21,695 nt of DNA from Methanotrichaceae archaeon (GCA_963813075.1 CAWEXU010000021.1:1-21695), one strand, 5' to 3'. Positions 6,345 to 15,754 are shown, counted from the first letter of the stretch. Translations and numbers: made by a program. The notes: generated by a model from the letters alone, not told the origin.

Positions 6345-7733
6345 TCAACTCCTCCTGTATGCACGACAGCTTTCAATGAATTTATTATCAGATACCGAAT
6401 AAAAGTGGGCATGCAGGTATCCAGCCATGGTGTTGTTCTCCACCAGACCGTCCCGGCCATCAGCGATTCCTTTTCCCCGGGAAAGCTTCAGGCAATAGCG
6501 GGCATCCCTATCACAAATGCAGCGCGAATAGTGAAACTCATGACCTCTAAGGCTCCTGCCCACATCGGCCAGAGGGTTTCTCTCCGATACCTCGGCCTTC
6601 ACATATCCAAGAGCCATGAGCCTCTTCTCCATGAACGTGGTGCAGGGAAGGGCCCCAGCCATTTTAAACGAGCCTGCCTCCGATTCCAGGGCAGCTCCCA
6701 GATACATCAGGCCTCCGCACTCTCCGTAGATGGGCATGCCATCCTCGGAGGCCTTCTTGATCTGCTTCCTGGCAGGAGCCCTCTCCAGCTCAGAGGCATA
6801 GAGCTCTGGATAGCCTCCACCGATATACAGTCCCTCCACATCGGGCAGCTCGTCTTCCAGAGGGCTGAAATAGACCAGATCCGCACCATGCCTCTCCAGC
6901 TCCAAGAGGTTCTCATGATAATAAAAGCAGAAGGCTCGATCCCTGGCCACTCCTATTCGCACCGCCCCTTCCCCATCTCCTTTTGTCCCTGCCAGTTCAA
7001 CAGAAGCGGCTATCGCGGGTGGCCGGGCCTGGCCCGGAAGCTTGAGAATTCCGTCGATATCGGCATTCTCCTCCAGGAAGGTCGCCAGGAGTCCTGGATC
7101 ATGATCCTTCTCAAAGCCCATAACCAGCCCCAGATGGCGGCTTTTCATCTCCATCTCTTTATCCCTGGGCAGGGCTCCGAAGACGGGCTTCGCCAGGCAG
7201 CTTTTAAGCATATCCAGATGCCTCTTGCTTCCCACCCGGTTGAGAATCGTCCCCGCTAGCCGCACCTCTGGATCATAGCTGATAAATCCCAGCTCCATGG
7301 CTGCAGCACTTCGCGACATGCCGTGCACATTGATCACCAGGAGAACGGGTATATCCAGTATCTTGGCCACCTGGGCAGTGCTGCCAACCTCTGTACCATC
7401 CATGCCGTCGAATAGACCCATCACCCCTTCCACCACTGCCACATCTGCTCCCTCGAGGGCAGAGAAAAAGGAGCGACGGACTCCATCCTCGCCCATCATA
7501 AAGGGGTCCAAATTGAAGGAAGGCCGTCCACAGATAGCAGTATGATGGGAGGGATCTATGAAGTCCGGGCCCACCTTATAAGGCTGAACCACCAGACCGC
7601 GAGCGCGCAGGGCGGCCATCAGACCTAAGGTGATCGTCGTCTTGCCTACTCCGCTATGGGTGCCGGCGACGAGCACCGCTGGAACCGATCTTATCCGTGA
7701 GCTCTCCGATGATTTCTCTGATAATCCTTCCAT
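6345..7733 (-). CDS. cbiA: Cobyrinate a,c-diamide synthase (CbiA/CobB family)
   Basis: P-loop AGTHSGVGKTT, YKVGPDFIDPSHH, VEGVMGLFDG and SRHLGL. The glutamine amidotransferase domain has GGGYPE, GECGGLMYL and GHEFHYS. The start is probably ATG 7733 (alternative 7772). Confidence 0.88.
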   Translation of the reverse strand: MEGLSEKSSESSRIRSVPAVLVAGTHSGVGKTTITLGLMAALRARGLVVQPYKVGPDFIDPSHHTAICGRPSFNLDPFMMGEDGVRRSFFSALEGADVAVVEGVMGLFDGMDGTEVGSTAQVAKILDIPVLLVINVHGMSRSAAAMELGFISYDPEVRLAGTILNRVGSKRHLDMLKSCLAKPVFGALPRDKEMEMKSRHLGLVMGFEKDHDPGLLATFLEENADIDGILKLPGQARPPAIAASVELAGTKGDGEGAVRIGVARDRAFCFYYHENLLELERHGADLVYFSPLEDELPDVEGLYIGGGYPELYASELERAPARKQIKKASEDGMPIYGECGGLMYLGAALESEAGSFKMAGALPCTTFMEKRLMALGYVKAEVSERNPLADVGRSLRGHEFHYSRCICDRDARYCLKLSRGKGIADGRDGLVENNTMAGYLHAHFYSVSDNKFIESCRAYRRS

Positions 7734-7823
7734 AGATCCATCCAACCATCTCTCCGAGCTTGCCGGGCGCATGAGTCCCTCTTCTCCGGCAAGGATATTA
7801 ATACGCTGGCCGATCCCTTCTGC

Positions 7824-8564
7824 ATGCTGGTTGGGGTAATCAAAAGAGGAAAATACGGCGAACGCCTTCTAGAGACCATAAAAGACCATACCGACTTCGA
7901 AGTGGTATCGGTTGATGTCCCGGAGATCCTGCCGGGATTCATAGAGGATCCGGAGGAGTTCGTCCGGGAGCTGAATTTGGACCCGCAAATCTTCCAGGCT
8001 GACCTGCTCATTCTCTACACATTTCATCCGGACCTCACTCCGGAGATCGTCCGCCTGGCAGGAAAAGAAGGGGTTAAGGCGGTCATAATTCCCGGCGGCA
8101 TAGGCCGGGCGGGCTCCATCACTGAGCTGGAGAAGATCGCTGAGGAGTATAATATCCACATCGAGGTTGATGAGATCTGCTGCACCCTGGAGGAATGCGG
8201 CGTCCCGACGATCGACCAGTTCGCGAAAAAGCTGGGAAAACCGGAGCTAGAGGTCCAGACAAAGGACGGCAAGATCAGCGGCGTGCGCGTCTTGCGCGGC
8301 TCTCCCTGCGGGGCGACATGGCATGCCGCCTCCGGCATAGTGGGAAAGACTGTGGCTGAGGCCTCGTCCCTAACCGGCCTATTCTGCCAGCAGTATCCAT
8401 GTCGCGCAGTGAGGGGAGGTCCGGGGGGCATCCACACCTCCGGAGACCTGCATAAGGATGCCATGGAGAGGGCTCTGGGTAAGGTCACCCGGCTTGTCCT
8501 TCCCGAGCAGTCCAAGCCCATCAAGATCGAGCCGGGAAAGAAGGGCAAGAAGTTGGAAGGGTAA
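7824..8564 (+). CDS. DUF166-family protein
   Basis: 246 aa with HPDLT, EICCTL, RGSPCGATW, YPCRA and IHTSGDLH motifs typical of archaeal DUF166. Confidence 0.75.
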   Translation: MLVGVIKRGKYGERLLETIKDHTDFEVVSVDVPEILPGFIEDPEEFVRELNLDPQIFQADLLILYTFHPDLTPEIVRLAGKEGVKAVIIPGGIGRAGSITELEKIAEEYNIHIEVDEICCTLEECGVPTIDQFAKKLGKPELEVQTKDGKISGVRVLRGSPCGATWHAASGIVGKTVAEASSLTGLFCQQYPCRAVRGGPGGIHTSGDLHKDAMERALGKVTRLVLPEQSKPIKIEPGKKGKKLEG

Positions 8565-8569
8565 AGGAG

Positions 8570-9475
8570 ATGGGAGAGAATCAGATGATAACTAGCTCTC
8601 AGGTGACAGATGCCACCGTTCGCGCCCTATATCTAGCTGAATCCTCTCTTCCTCCCTGGGTCTTGGAGAGAATAAAAGAAGGGCTTGAAAGGGAGACCAA
8701 TCCACTGGCCCGCTCTCAGCTCCAGTTCATGCTGGACAATGTTAGCCTTGCCGGAACAAGAGGCCTGCCCATCTGCCAGGACACGGGCCTGGCTATATTT
8801 CATGTTCTGATGGGCCAGGATCTGATCCTGGACTTCGATCTTCAGGAGGCCATAGCTCAAGGAGTGAGGAGAGCAACATCCCAGATACCTCTCCGGCCCA
8901 ATGCCGTCGATCCCTTAACAAGAGAGAACAGCAAGGACAATACCGGTCCCGGGATGCCGGACATCATCCTGGACCGGACCTGTGGCCAGAGCCTGAGCAT
9001 CACCGCTTTTCCCAAGGGAGCGGGATCTGAGAACATGAGCCTCGTCATGATGCTCAATCCGGCAGACGACCCAATTGAGTTCATCGTCGATGCGGTCAGG
9101 GAGAGGGCAGCCAATGCCTGTCCACCTCTGTTCCTGGGAATAGGGATCGGCGGCAGCTTCGATCTGGCCGCCCGGCTGGCTAAGCACGCTCTGCTCAATA
9201 TGCACTGCCTCCAGCCAAATTCTCTGGAATCCTCCCAGAGAGGCGACCGCTGCATCACCCATACCAGCTCGCCTGAAGAGACGAAAAGGCAGAGGTTTGA
9301 AGAGAACCTCATGAAGAGGCTGAACCGCCTGGGCATCGGCCCCATGGGCCTGGGCGGGGACACCACCGTCCTCGGGCTGAGAATCGAGAAGGCGCTATGC
9401 CATACCGCCTCCCTGCCGGTGGCCATAAACTTCCAGTGTTGGGCAAACAGAAGCGCTACCGAGGTGATTTTATGA
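8570..9475 (+). CDS. Fe-S hydro-lyase (fumarate/tartrate) alpha subunit
   Basis: PICQDTG, LRPNAV, PKGAGSEN, ACPP, GIGPMGLGGDTT, HTASLPVA and CWANR. Confidence 0.92.
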   Translation: MGENQMITSSQVTDATVRALYLAESSLPPWVLERIKEGLERETNPLARSQLQFMLDNVSLAGTRGLPICQDTGLAIFHVLMGQDLILDFDLQEAIAQGVRRATSQIPLRPNAVDPLTRENSKDNTGPGMPDIILDRTCGQSLSITAFPKGAGSENMSLVMMLNPADDPIEFIVDAVRERAANACPPLFLGIGIGGSFDLAARLAKHALLNMHCLQPNSLESSQRGDRCITHTSSPEETKRQRFEENLMKRLNRLGIGPMGLGGDTTVLGLRIEKALCHTASLPVAINFQCWANRSATEVIL

Positions 9476-10008
9476 CCATATTTCATCTCCAGACTCCCCT
9501 TTGCCAGGAGGATGTGAAAAAGCTGAACGCGGGAGATATAGTATTTCTGAAGGGCAAGGTGTTCACCGCTCGGGACAAAGCCCATGCTCTGATCCGCCGC
9601 CAGGGCAGCCCAGTACCTTTAGAGGGAGCGGCGCTCTATCATTGCGGCCCCATCATTCAGGATGATTCAGTCATCTCTGCCGGGCCTACCACCAGCGGCC
9701 GAATGGCGCGCTATACCGAGGAGATTCTGGCTTTAGGGGTGAAGGCCATAATTGGCAAAGGAGGCCTGCCAGGAGAGCCGTTCTTGAATAGAGCGGTCTA
9801 TCTTGCCTATCCGGGGGGTTGCGGTGCGGCGGCTGCATCACAGCTTCGGATTCGTGCTGTCCATCTCCCGGAGCTTGGGATGGCGGAGTCCATCTGGGAG
9901 CTGGAGGCCGAAGAACTTGGTCCGATGGTGGTGGCAGTGGACGCGCATGGTCGGGATCTGTTCCAGGATGTGAGACTGTCGGCGAAGGCTGCAAGAGAGA
10001 AGCGATAA
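9472..10008 (+). CDS. Fe-S hydro-lyase (fumarate/tartrate) beta subunit
   Basis: ATGA overlap with the alpha subunit, preceded by GAGGTGA. Motifs TARDKAH, YHCGP, AGPTTSGRM, IGKGG and GMAESIW. Confidence 0.92.
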   Translation: MTIFHLQTPLCQEDVKKLNAGDIVFLKGKVFTARDKAHALIRRQGSPVPLEGAALYHCGPIIQDDSVISAGPTTSGRMARYTEEILALGVKAIIGKGGLPGEPFLNRAVYLAYPGGCGAAAASQLRIRAVHLPELGMAESIWELEAEELGPMVVAVDAHGRDLFQDVRLSAKAAREKR

Positions 10009-10649
10009 AAGCAAAAACGGCAAAAGCCCTGGAGGAGGCGAGGTATCTGGTGGACCGGGGCTACCCCAAGGATTCTGCAGTCAGGTTCATCTCCAATCAC
10101 CATCGATTGGCGATTGAAGAGAGGTTCATCCTGATGAGGGTAATAGTGAAATCGGACGTTGCTCGGATCAGAAGGTCCAGGATGCAGAAGTTGGAGGACC
10201 TGAAGGATCAGGCCATCTTCATTGACGGCTACAATGTCCTTATCACCACCGAGAGCCTCCTCGGAGGCTATCCCGTCTATTCGTGCGATGACGGCTTCCT
10301 GCGAGACAGCAGAGGGATCTTCAGGAGCTATAAAATCTCCTCGCTCACCGCTCTTGCCCTCAACCAGATACTTGATCTTCTGGCCCAGGCCGGTCCAGCC
10401 CGAACAGAGGTGCTGCTGGACCAGCAGATGAGCCGCAGCGGGGAGATTGCGGAGATGATAAGAGGAATGATGGCGGAGCGGCATCTCTGCGGCACGGCCA
10501 GAACCGCCAGAGATGTCGATCGCCTTCTAAAGGCAACCAGGGGAATAGTGCTGACCGGCGACGGAAATGTGATCGATAGCTTGGATCATGTTATGGACCT
10601 TCCCCGAGAGATTGCCAGAAGATCGGGCATAAGGCCTCTGACTCTCTGA
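10005..10649 (+). CDS. DUF434-domain protein (NYN/PIN-like); start uncertain
   Basis: RYLVDRGYPK, IDGYNVLIT, CDDGFLRD, SRSGE, DVDRLLK and TGDGNVID. Candidate starts are ATA 10005 (overlapping the upstream TAA) or GTG 10050. Confidence 0.8.
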   Translation: MKAKTAKALEEARYLVDRGYPKDSAVRFISNHHRLAIEERFILMRVIVKSDVARIRRSRMQKLEDLKDQAIFIDGYNVLITTESLLGGYPVYSCDDGFLRDSRGIFRSYKISSLTALALNQILDLLAQAGPARTEVLLDQQMSRSGEIAEMIRGMMAERHLCGTARTARDVDRLLKATRGIVLTGDGNVIDSLDHVMDLPREIARRSGIRPLTL

Positions 10650-10761
10650 CAATTGCCTGACACCATCTTTTATCTCTATTATCCAATCGTTATCTTTTTA
10701 TGCTACATGGATTAATATACTATTGGGGTTTGAAAAGCTTTCAAAGTTATGGTGAGTGGTA

Positions 10762-11211
10762 ATGAGAACGAGAGTATTTGCTTTAGTGGCGTTGGCATTG
10801 TTGCTCATGGGCGGAGGGGCTCTGGCATCCCATCCTATGTTCTTTCCCCTTAGCGAGCATACCATAGCCAAGGATATTACCGATAGCGGCATGCCGCTAT
10901 ACAGGACAAACACATTTACCACCGATGATGAGCAGGCCGTCTCCTGGTTGCTTATCTGGCGGGACTCAAAGCCGCATACTGTGGAGTGGAGATGGTACTG
11001 GCCTGAGGGCAGGACCTATGCCCGGTCGTTTTCCACCATTCCGCCCATCGACGGATTCACGGGAATGTGGGCGGCACCCGTCTGGAGCTGCCTGAAGATC
11101 AAGGGAACTGATGTTGCCAGGCTTCCGGGAAACTGGAAGGTGGATGTGATAGTGGACTTCAAGAAGGAGCTCACCGAGTACTTCACCATCAACACTCCTT
11201 ATGCCTGCTGA
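10762..11211 (+). CDS. Secreted hypothetical protein (small beta-rich domain)
   Basis: Signal peptide MRTRVFALVALALLLMGGGALA, GGTGA RBS, and VEWRWYWPEG...PGNWKVDV beta-strand pattern. Confidence 0.75.
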   Translation: MRTRVFALVALALLLMGGGALASHPMFFPLSEHTIAKDITDSGMPLYRTNTFTTDDEQAVSWLLIWRDSKPHTVEWRWYWPEGRTYARSFSTIPPIDGFTGMWAAPVWSCLKIKGTDVARLPGNWKVDVIVDFKKELTEYFTINTPYAC

Positions 11212-11247
11212 GTCCTTTAAATAAAGGTCCTGAATGATAAGACTGGC

Positions 11248-11272
11248 AAGCTAAAGCGTTAGCTTTGCTTTT
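11248..11272 (+). terminator. Hairpin plus T-rich tract
   Basis: AAGCTAA-AGCG-TTAGCTT followed by TGCTTTT, downstream of the stop at 11211. Confidence 0.45.
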
Positions 11273-11353
11273 GGTCTTTCCATTCCATTGCTCGAATGCC
11301 AGTGGAAGACCATTTAAATGCAGGAGGTCCTGAGGAGAGCGGTGGCATAGAAG

Positions 11354-12073
11354 ATGGATCTAGAATTTGGTGGCAAGACCAGAGAGCCTGATATTCGCAG
11401 GCTCTTTGACATGAAAGACGTCATATTCGATCAGAGCTGGCTGGCGGGAAGAGAGAACTTTGAGCTTTACTATATGTTCCGCGACCTATTTTTGAGCCGG
11501 GCGGACGGGGATAAGCTCCGAGACCAGAACTTGAGATACGATATCACCATAATCCCTCCAGGGATGATGGGCAGCGAGTACATTAAGACCGCAGGCCACT
11601 ACCATCCACAGGCACCGGGGTCTGCCGTCACCTATCCTGAGCTCTATGAGGTGCTGGAGGGTGAGGCGCTCTATCTCCTGCAGAATGAGGACCTATCCGA
11701 TGTGGTGGCCATAAACGCAGCCGCCGGGGATAAGGTACTGGTTCCCCCCAATTACGGGCATATCACCATCAATCGATCCAATAAGATCCTCAAGATGTCC
11801 AATTTCGTCGCCAGGGACTTCTCATCCCTCTACAATCCCATAAAGGAGAAGGGAGGGGGGGCATATTTCTTTACCCGCGATGGGTGGATCAAAAATCCGC
11901 GCTGTCCGGAGGCGTCTGAGCTGCGGCGGGCCGACGCACCAGGTGGCAGAACCCTTTCCCAGCTGGGTCTGGCCAAAGGCAAGGAGATGTACCCTCTGCT
12001 CAAGGAGCATGGCCGGCTGGATTATCTGACCCGGCCCGGGGATCACCTGGATCTCTTTTCAGGAGTAATCTGA
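11354..12073 (+). CDS. pgi: Cupin-type glucose-6-phosphate isomerase
   Basis: LYYMFRD, LRYDITIIPPG, EYIKTAGHYHP, YPELYEVLEG and VPPNYGHITIN cupin motifs. Confidence 0.85.
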   Translation: MDLEFGGKTREPDIRRLFDMKDVIFDQSWLAGRENFELYYMFRDLFLSRADGDKLRDQNLRYDITIIPPGMMGSEYIKTAGHYHPQAPGSAVTYPELYEVLEGEALYLLQNEDLSDVVAINAAAGDKVLVPPNYGHITINRSNKILKMSNFVARDFSSLYNPIKEKGGGAYFFTRDGWIKNPRCPEASELRRADAPGGRTLSQLGLAKGKEMYPLLKEHGRLDYLTRPGDHLDLFSGVI

Positions 12074-12117
12074 GAGCATAGTATTCGAAGAATGACCCAG
12101 AGAGAAATTTGAATAAA

Positions 12118-13056
12118 ATGTCAACCCAAGGATTCTCAAGCTTCAGAGCATATATCGAGCTGCTACGCCCTCCGCTCGCGCCCATGGACATCGCCATGCC
12201 AGCAGCCTCGGCTCTCTTGGCAGTCTATGCAGTGGAAGGGACTCTTCCTCCTCTGATTCCCTTTGTCATAGCAGTGCTCGGAGCCTACTGTGCCATCACC
12301 AGCTCTTATGTCTATAACGACTGCTGCGACGTCGACGTGGATAAGGTCGGCATGCCCTGCCGGCCACTGCCTTCGGCAAAGCTGGACAAGAGGCAGGCCC
12401 AGTTCTGGTCAGTATTTCTCTTTCTCGTCGCCCTGTCTGCCGCCCTCTACCTGAACCCTGAGAGCTTTGTCGCCCTCGTCGCTGCCACCATACTTGCAAG
12501 CATCTACTCCGCCTGGGCCAAGAGGAATACCCCCTTCTCCTGGATCTTCGTGGGCTTATCCTATGGATTGGTGCCTTTAGGCGTCTGGCTGGCCATGGAG
12601 CCGGCGGGGATTCTCAAGGCCGGCGCCGGCATCCACCCTGCCTCTCTGATCCTGGCGGCGATGATATGCATCACCGATTGGGGATTTACCAACTGCGATG
12701 CCTCCCGTGATGTTGAGGGCGACAGAAGAGAGGGAATTCCCACCACTCCCGCCACCTTCGGCATTCCAATCACCGCAAAGATGGTGGCCCTCTTCTGGCT
12801 GGTAGGAATCGCTCTTTCCATTGCCCTGGGATTGGCCTCGGGCCTGGGATGGTTCTATTTCATCGCAGCCATTGTATCCGGCGGCTGGCTGCTGGGTCAG
12901 AACCTTGATTTCGTGCGCCATCCGACGGCAAAAAGAGGGGAGCAGTTCTTCTATCAGTCCGCCAACTACCGCGCGTGGCTCTTTGCGGCTCTGATCATCG
13001 ATGTGCTGCTCAGAGCAACCCTGCTCCAGGCCCTGCCTCAGTTGGGTTGGCTTTGA
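12118..13056 (+). CDS. UbiA-family prenyltransferase
   Basis: ELLRP, Asp-rich YNDCCDVDVD..RPLPS, second motif DASRDVEGDRREGIPT, and multiple TM helices. Confidence 0.88.
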   Translation: MSTQGFSSFRAYIELLRPPLAPMDIAMPAASALLAVYAVEGTLPPLIPFVIAVLGAYCAITSSYVYNDCCDVDVDKVGMPCRPLPSAKLDKRQAQFWSVFLFLVALSAALYLNPESFVALVAATILASIYSAWAKRNTPFSWIFVGLSYGLVPLGVWLAMEPAGILKAGAGIHPASLILAAMICITDWGFTNCDASRDVEGDRREGIPTTPATFGIPITAKMVALFWLVGIALSIALGLASGLGWFYFIAAIVSGGWLLGQNLDFVRHPTAKRGEQFFYQSANYRAWLFAALIIDVLLRATLLQALPQLGWL

Positions 13057-13076
13057 GCACAAATGGCTCTTGCATT

Positions 13077-13090
13077 CGAAAGCCTTTTAT
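13077..13090 (+). promoter_or_regulatory. Promoter-like motif CGAAAGCCTTTTAT (copy 1)
   Basis: Begins 48 nt before ATG 13125. An identical copy lies at the same distance from the paralog. Confidence 0.65.
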
Positions 13091-13124
13091 TGCCAAGAGT
13101 CCTTTCAACACCAGTGGGGTCAGT

Positions 13125-13670
13125 ATGAAGACTGCATTTGCAGCAGCAATGGCATTGCTGATAGCATGCCTCTTGGCCGGAAACGCCCTTGCTCAGGAGA
13201 AGAGCAGCTTCCAGAGCATTGGTGGAGACTACGGCAGAAATGTATTGAGCAACATCGAAGCATCGGATGCCGAGACGGCATCAAAAAGCGATAGCAATCA
13301 AAGTCTATGGAGCTGGGGAGGAGCGCCCAAAGGCAGCCTGATCGTGGACGGGAATATCATCGGCGATCCCCGGTACACACTGAAGAACCTGAGCGTTATT
13401 CGCGATTGGCTGGGCGATTCGTTCGTGGATCCCTATGGAGACACCCCTGCTTATTCCTATTTCGATCCGGTCACTGGGGAGAGAGTCAAAACATATGTGG
13501 ATCCAATCACCGGGCAGCATTACTATACATACACAGATTCCAATAGCGGAAAACTGGTCTACGTCTACTTTAATCCGGAGACTGGCGAGCCGATATATGC
13601 CAGCTTCACTCCCATATCCGGCCAGTACATCGAAGAAGAGCAATACTCATTGCCTTCAATACTCAGATAA
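13125..13670 (+). CDS. Secreted hypothetical protein (paralog A)
   Basis: Signal peptide MKTAFAAAMALL..., LWSWGGAPKGS..VDG motif, repeated YxDPxTG hairpins, and C-terminal YSLPSILR. Confidence 0.8.
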   Translation: MKTAFAAAMALLIACLLAGNALAQEKSSFQSIGGDYGRNVLSNIEASDAETASKSDSNQSLWSWGGAPKGSLIVDGNIIGDPRYTLKNLSVIRDWLGDSFVDPYGDTPAYSYFDPVTGERVKTYVDPITGQHYYTYTDSNSGKLVYVYFNPETGEPIYASFTPISGQYIEEEQYSLPSILR

Positions 13671-13688
13671 AATTGATTAAATGACCTG

Positions 13689-13702
13689 CGAAAGCCTTTT
13701 AT
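13689..13702 (+). promoter_or_regulatory. Promoter-like motif CGAAAGCCTTTTAT (copy 2)
   Basis: Begins 48 nt before ATG 13737 and is identical to 13077-13090. Confidence 0.65.
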
Positions 13703-13736
13703 CATCAGGCATCAATCTCAGCATGGTGGGTTCGGT

Positions 13737-14222
13737 ATGAAGACTGCATTAGCAGTGATTGTGTTGGCATTAGCTTGTCTCTTGCTAGCGAACTCTTCTG
13801 CTCAGAGCACTGGCAGCTATCAGGCTCTAAGTGGAGATTCCGGCAGGTCTATCCTGGCAAGCCTGGAGGCCATTGATTCCCAATCAAAGGAAAGAAGCGA
13901 GAATACGAGCGAGAATGATACTCTTTGGAGCTGGGGAAGCGCGCCCAAGGGAAGCGTTCTTGTGGATGGAGAGGTCCTGACAGATCCATTCAACAGCTGG
14001 AAGGATTTCAACATCACAGAGAGCGGAATAGCTCAAGTGGGAGTCGATCCCTTCAAGGGGTATCCGATATATGCCTACAAGATCCCCCGGACTGGGGAGA
14101 CGAAGTACTTCTACCTGGATCCTTACACCAATGAGCCATTCTATGTGGATGGCTATGCCGGTGCAGACATCCCTGTTGTGGCGAAGAGCAGCAATTACTC
14201 ATTGCCACCGGTGTTAAGATAG
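13737..14222 (+). CDS. Secreted hypothetical protein (paralog B)
   Basis: Signal peptide MKTALAVIVLAL..., LWSWGSAPKGSVLVDG, DPFKG/DPYTNE hairpins, and C-terminal YSLPPVLR. Confidence 0.8.
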   Translation: MKTALAVIVLALACLLLANSSAQSTGSYQALSGDSGRSILASLEAIDSQSKERSENTSENDTLWSWGSAPKGSVLVDGEVLTDPFNSWKDFNITESGIAQVGVDPFKGYPIYAYKIPRTGETKYFYLDPYTNEPFYVDGYAGADIPVVAKSSNYSLPPVLR

Positions 14223-14357
14223 GAGCTTCCAGGATATATCTTGAAATGACTGGAATGGATGGCCGCTCTGCTCACATACAGAATGAGGGCGGAGTTTGAT
14301 ATTATTGGCAGAAATGCTGCCGTTAATGAGTGCAATCGAATAGAGGAGTGATTGAAT

Positions 14358-14888
14358 ATGAAGAATAAAATTGTATATATTTCGATATTTCTTTGTCTGG
14401 TGGGCCTGGCAGTGGCCGCAGAATATACTGATTGGCAGAACGGAGCCATTGAGGGCTTAAATAAGGGGTTTATGATGGGTCAAGCATACCAGCTTGCCCT
14501 TGACGGAAAGAATATCAATGACTTCAATGCCAAGGTTGACGAATACAATGCCTGGGTGAGGGCCAACTTCGGAGAAGATCCAAATATGCTGATGCAGAAG
14601 ATGACCGCTCCAATAGATCTTAGCAAGCCGGTTCTCATCACCAATAACACCACCAGCTCGAAGGGAATAGCGCATGAGATCGATGGATCGTCAGGCAACA
14701 AGACATTTTCCACCAATGACATGAACCTGCTTTCGGATGCGGCTCTCAATAAATTGTCCGAAAGGTGGCGAATATCTGGGCGGGATCTGAAGCTTCCGCC
14801 ACCAGCTTCTTTTTTGTTCGGGCGATCTGCCAATCCGGATCCCATAAAAGATGGGGCAAGGCTAGCACTTGAATGCAGACATTTTTAG
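14358..14888 (+). CDS. Secreted hypothetical protein, probably frameshifted near 14762 (native stop possibly 14790)
   Basis: GAGGAGTGA RBS and a signal peptide. The +1 frame at 14764 gives GGEYLGGI* followed immediately by a hairpin and T6. Confidence 0.7.
   Translation: MKNKIVYISIFLCLVGLAVAAEYTDWQNGAIEGLNKGFMMGQAYQLALDGKNINDFNAKVDEYNAWVRANFGEDPNMLMQKMTAPIDLSKPVLITNNTTSSKGIAHEIDGSSGNKTFSTNDMNLLSDAALNKLSERWRISGRDLKLPPPASFLFGRSANPDPIKDGARLALECRHF
14789..14815 (+). terminator. Hairpin plus T6 terminator
   Basis: GAAGCT-N9-AGCTTC followed by TTTTTT. Confidence 0.55.
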
Positions 14889-15065
14889 GAGATCATGCAT
14901 CCTCAATAAAGGCCTCATGGATTGACTTTTCTCAAGAGGCCGAAGATTGCCTGCCATGATCCAAAGGTGCTCAGAGGAGGCAGTGGAAAAGGTGGATCTG
15001 TTGGGCAGAAACTGCTGGATAGAAGACTGCAATCCTCATATACTTGCAGCTCTAACAGAAGGCAG

Positions 15066-15347
15066 ATGCAATGGGAACTGGTTGGCTGGTGTGCAGCTCT
15101 TTTGACGATGTTCGGATTCGTCCCCCAGATCCTCAAAATCTATCGCACTGAATCGGTCTCAGATGTCAGCCTGATCATGCTCCTGCAGTTCTCTCTGGGA
15201 ATGTTCCTCTGGCTGCTCTATGGCCTGTATATTCAGGATCGAATTCTGATCGTCTCCAATGCGATCTCCTTTCTCACCCTGACAGTGGCCACCGGGATGT
15301 ATATGAAGTACAGAAAAAGTGGTGCCAGTCCTCTGTTGCACCCATAA
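15066..15347 (+). CDS. SemiSWEET / PQ-loop (MtN3) family transporter
   Basis: 93 aa with 3 TM helices: FVPQILKIYRT..V.DVS, LWLLYG and IVSN. Confidence 0.88.
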   Translation: MQWELVGWCAALLTMFGFVPQILKIYRTESVSDVSLIMLLQFSLGMFLWLLYGLYIQDRILIVSNAISFLTLTVATGMYMKYRKSGASPLLHP

Positions 15348-15361
15348 TATGCAGTCATTTC

Positions 15362-15667
15362 CTATCCGTCTTTTTCCATCTCACTCATCTTATTTTTGAT
15401 CCTCTCTTGCATCCTCTCCAGAGAGGCTTTTGTGCTCAGGCGGTTGTCACAGGGAGAAGTGTCTTTGGGGTTGCAGCCAGCCAGAAGGTCCATCACTCTG
15501 TCGGCCATATCAAAGGCCTCAAGCTCCTCCAGATGCTGCAATAAGATACTGGCGCGGGAGTTGAAATCCCGGCATTTTCCCGTCTGCGAGATAGCAGCCT
15601 CGTGCATTTCATAGAGCAGAGAAAGCTCCTTATTGATCTGCAACCAGTCCTCCCTTTTTATCGCCAT
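15362..15667 (-). CDS. Hypothetical helical protein
   Basis: 101-aa ORF (MAIKREDWL...) filling the gap between convergent and divergent genes, with a plausible composition and a C-x6-C near the C-terminus. Confidence 0.6.
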   Translation of the reverse strand: MAIKREDWLQINKELSLLYEMHEAAISQTGKCRDFNSRASILLQHLEELEAFDMADRVMDLLAGCNPKDTSPCDNRLSTKASLERMQERIKNKMSEMEKDG

Positions 15668-15754
15668 CCGGGAAAGGTATCCATCATTCAGAAATATTAA
15701 GGCGATGATCAAGGCGATGCTCTCGCTTGAATATGGAAGACTGACAATATCGTA

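Noticed and set aside
6345..7733. Calling the amidase cfbB (F430 biosynthesis)
   Set aside because: No cfb cluster is nearby and the AGTHSGVGKT N-terminus looks CbiA-like. Phylogeny would be needed to exclude cfbB fully.
6405..9585. Long antisense ORFs (6405-7259, 8024-8548, 8857-9585)
   Set aside because: They lie opposite well-supported conserved genes and show no independent motifs.
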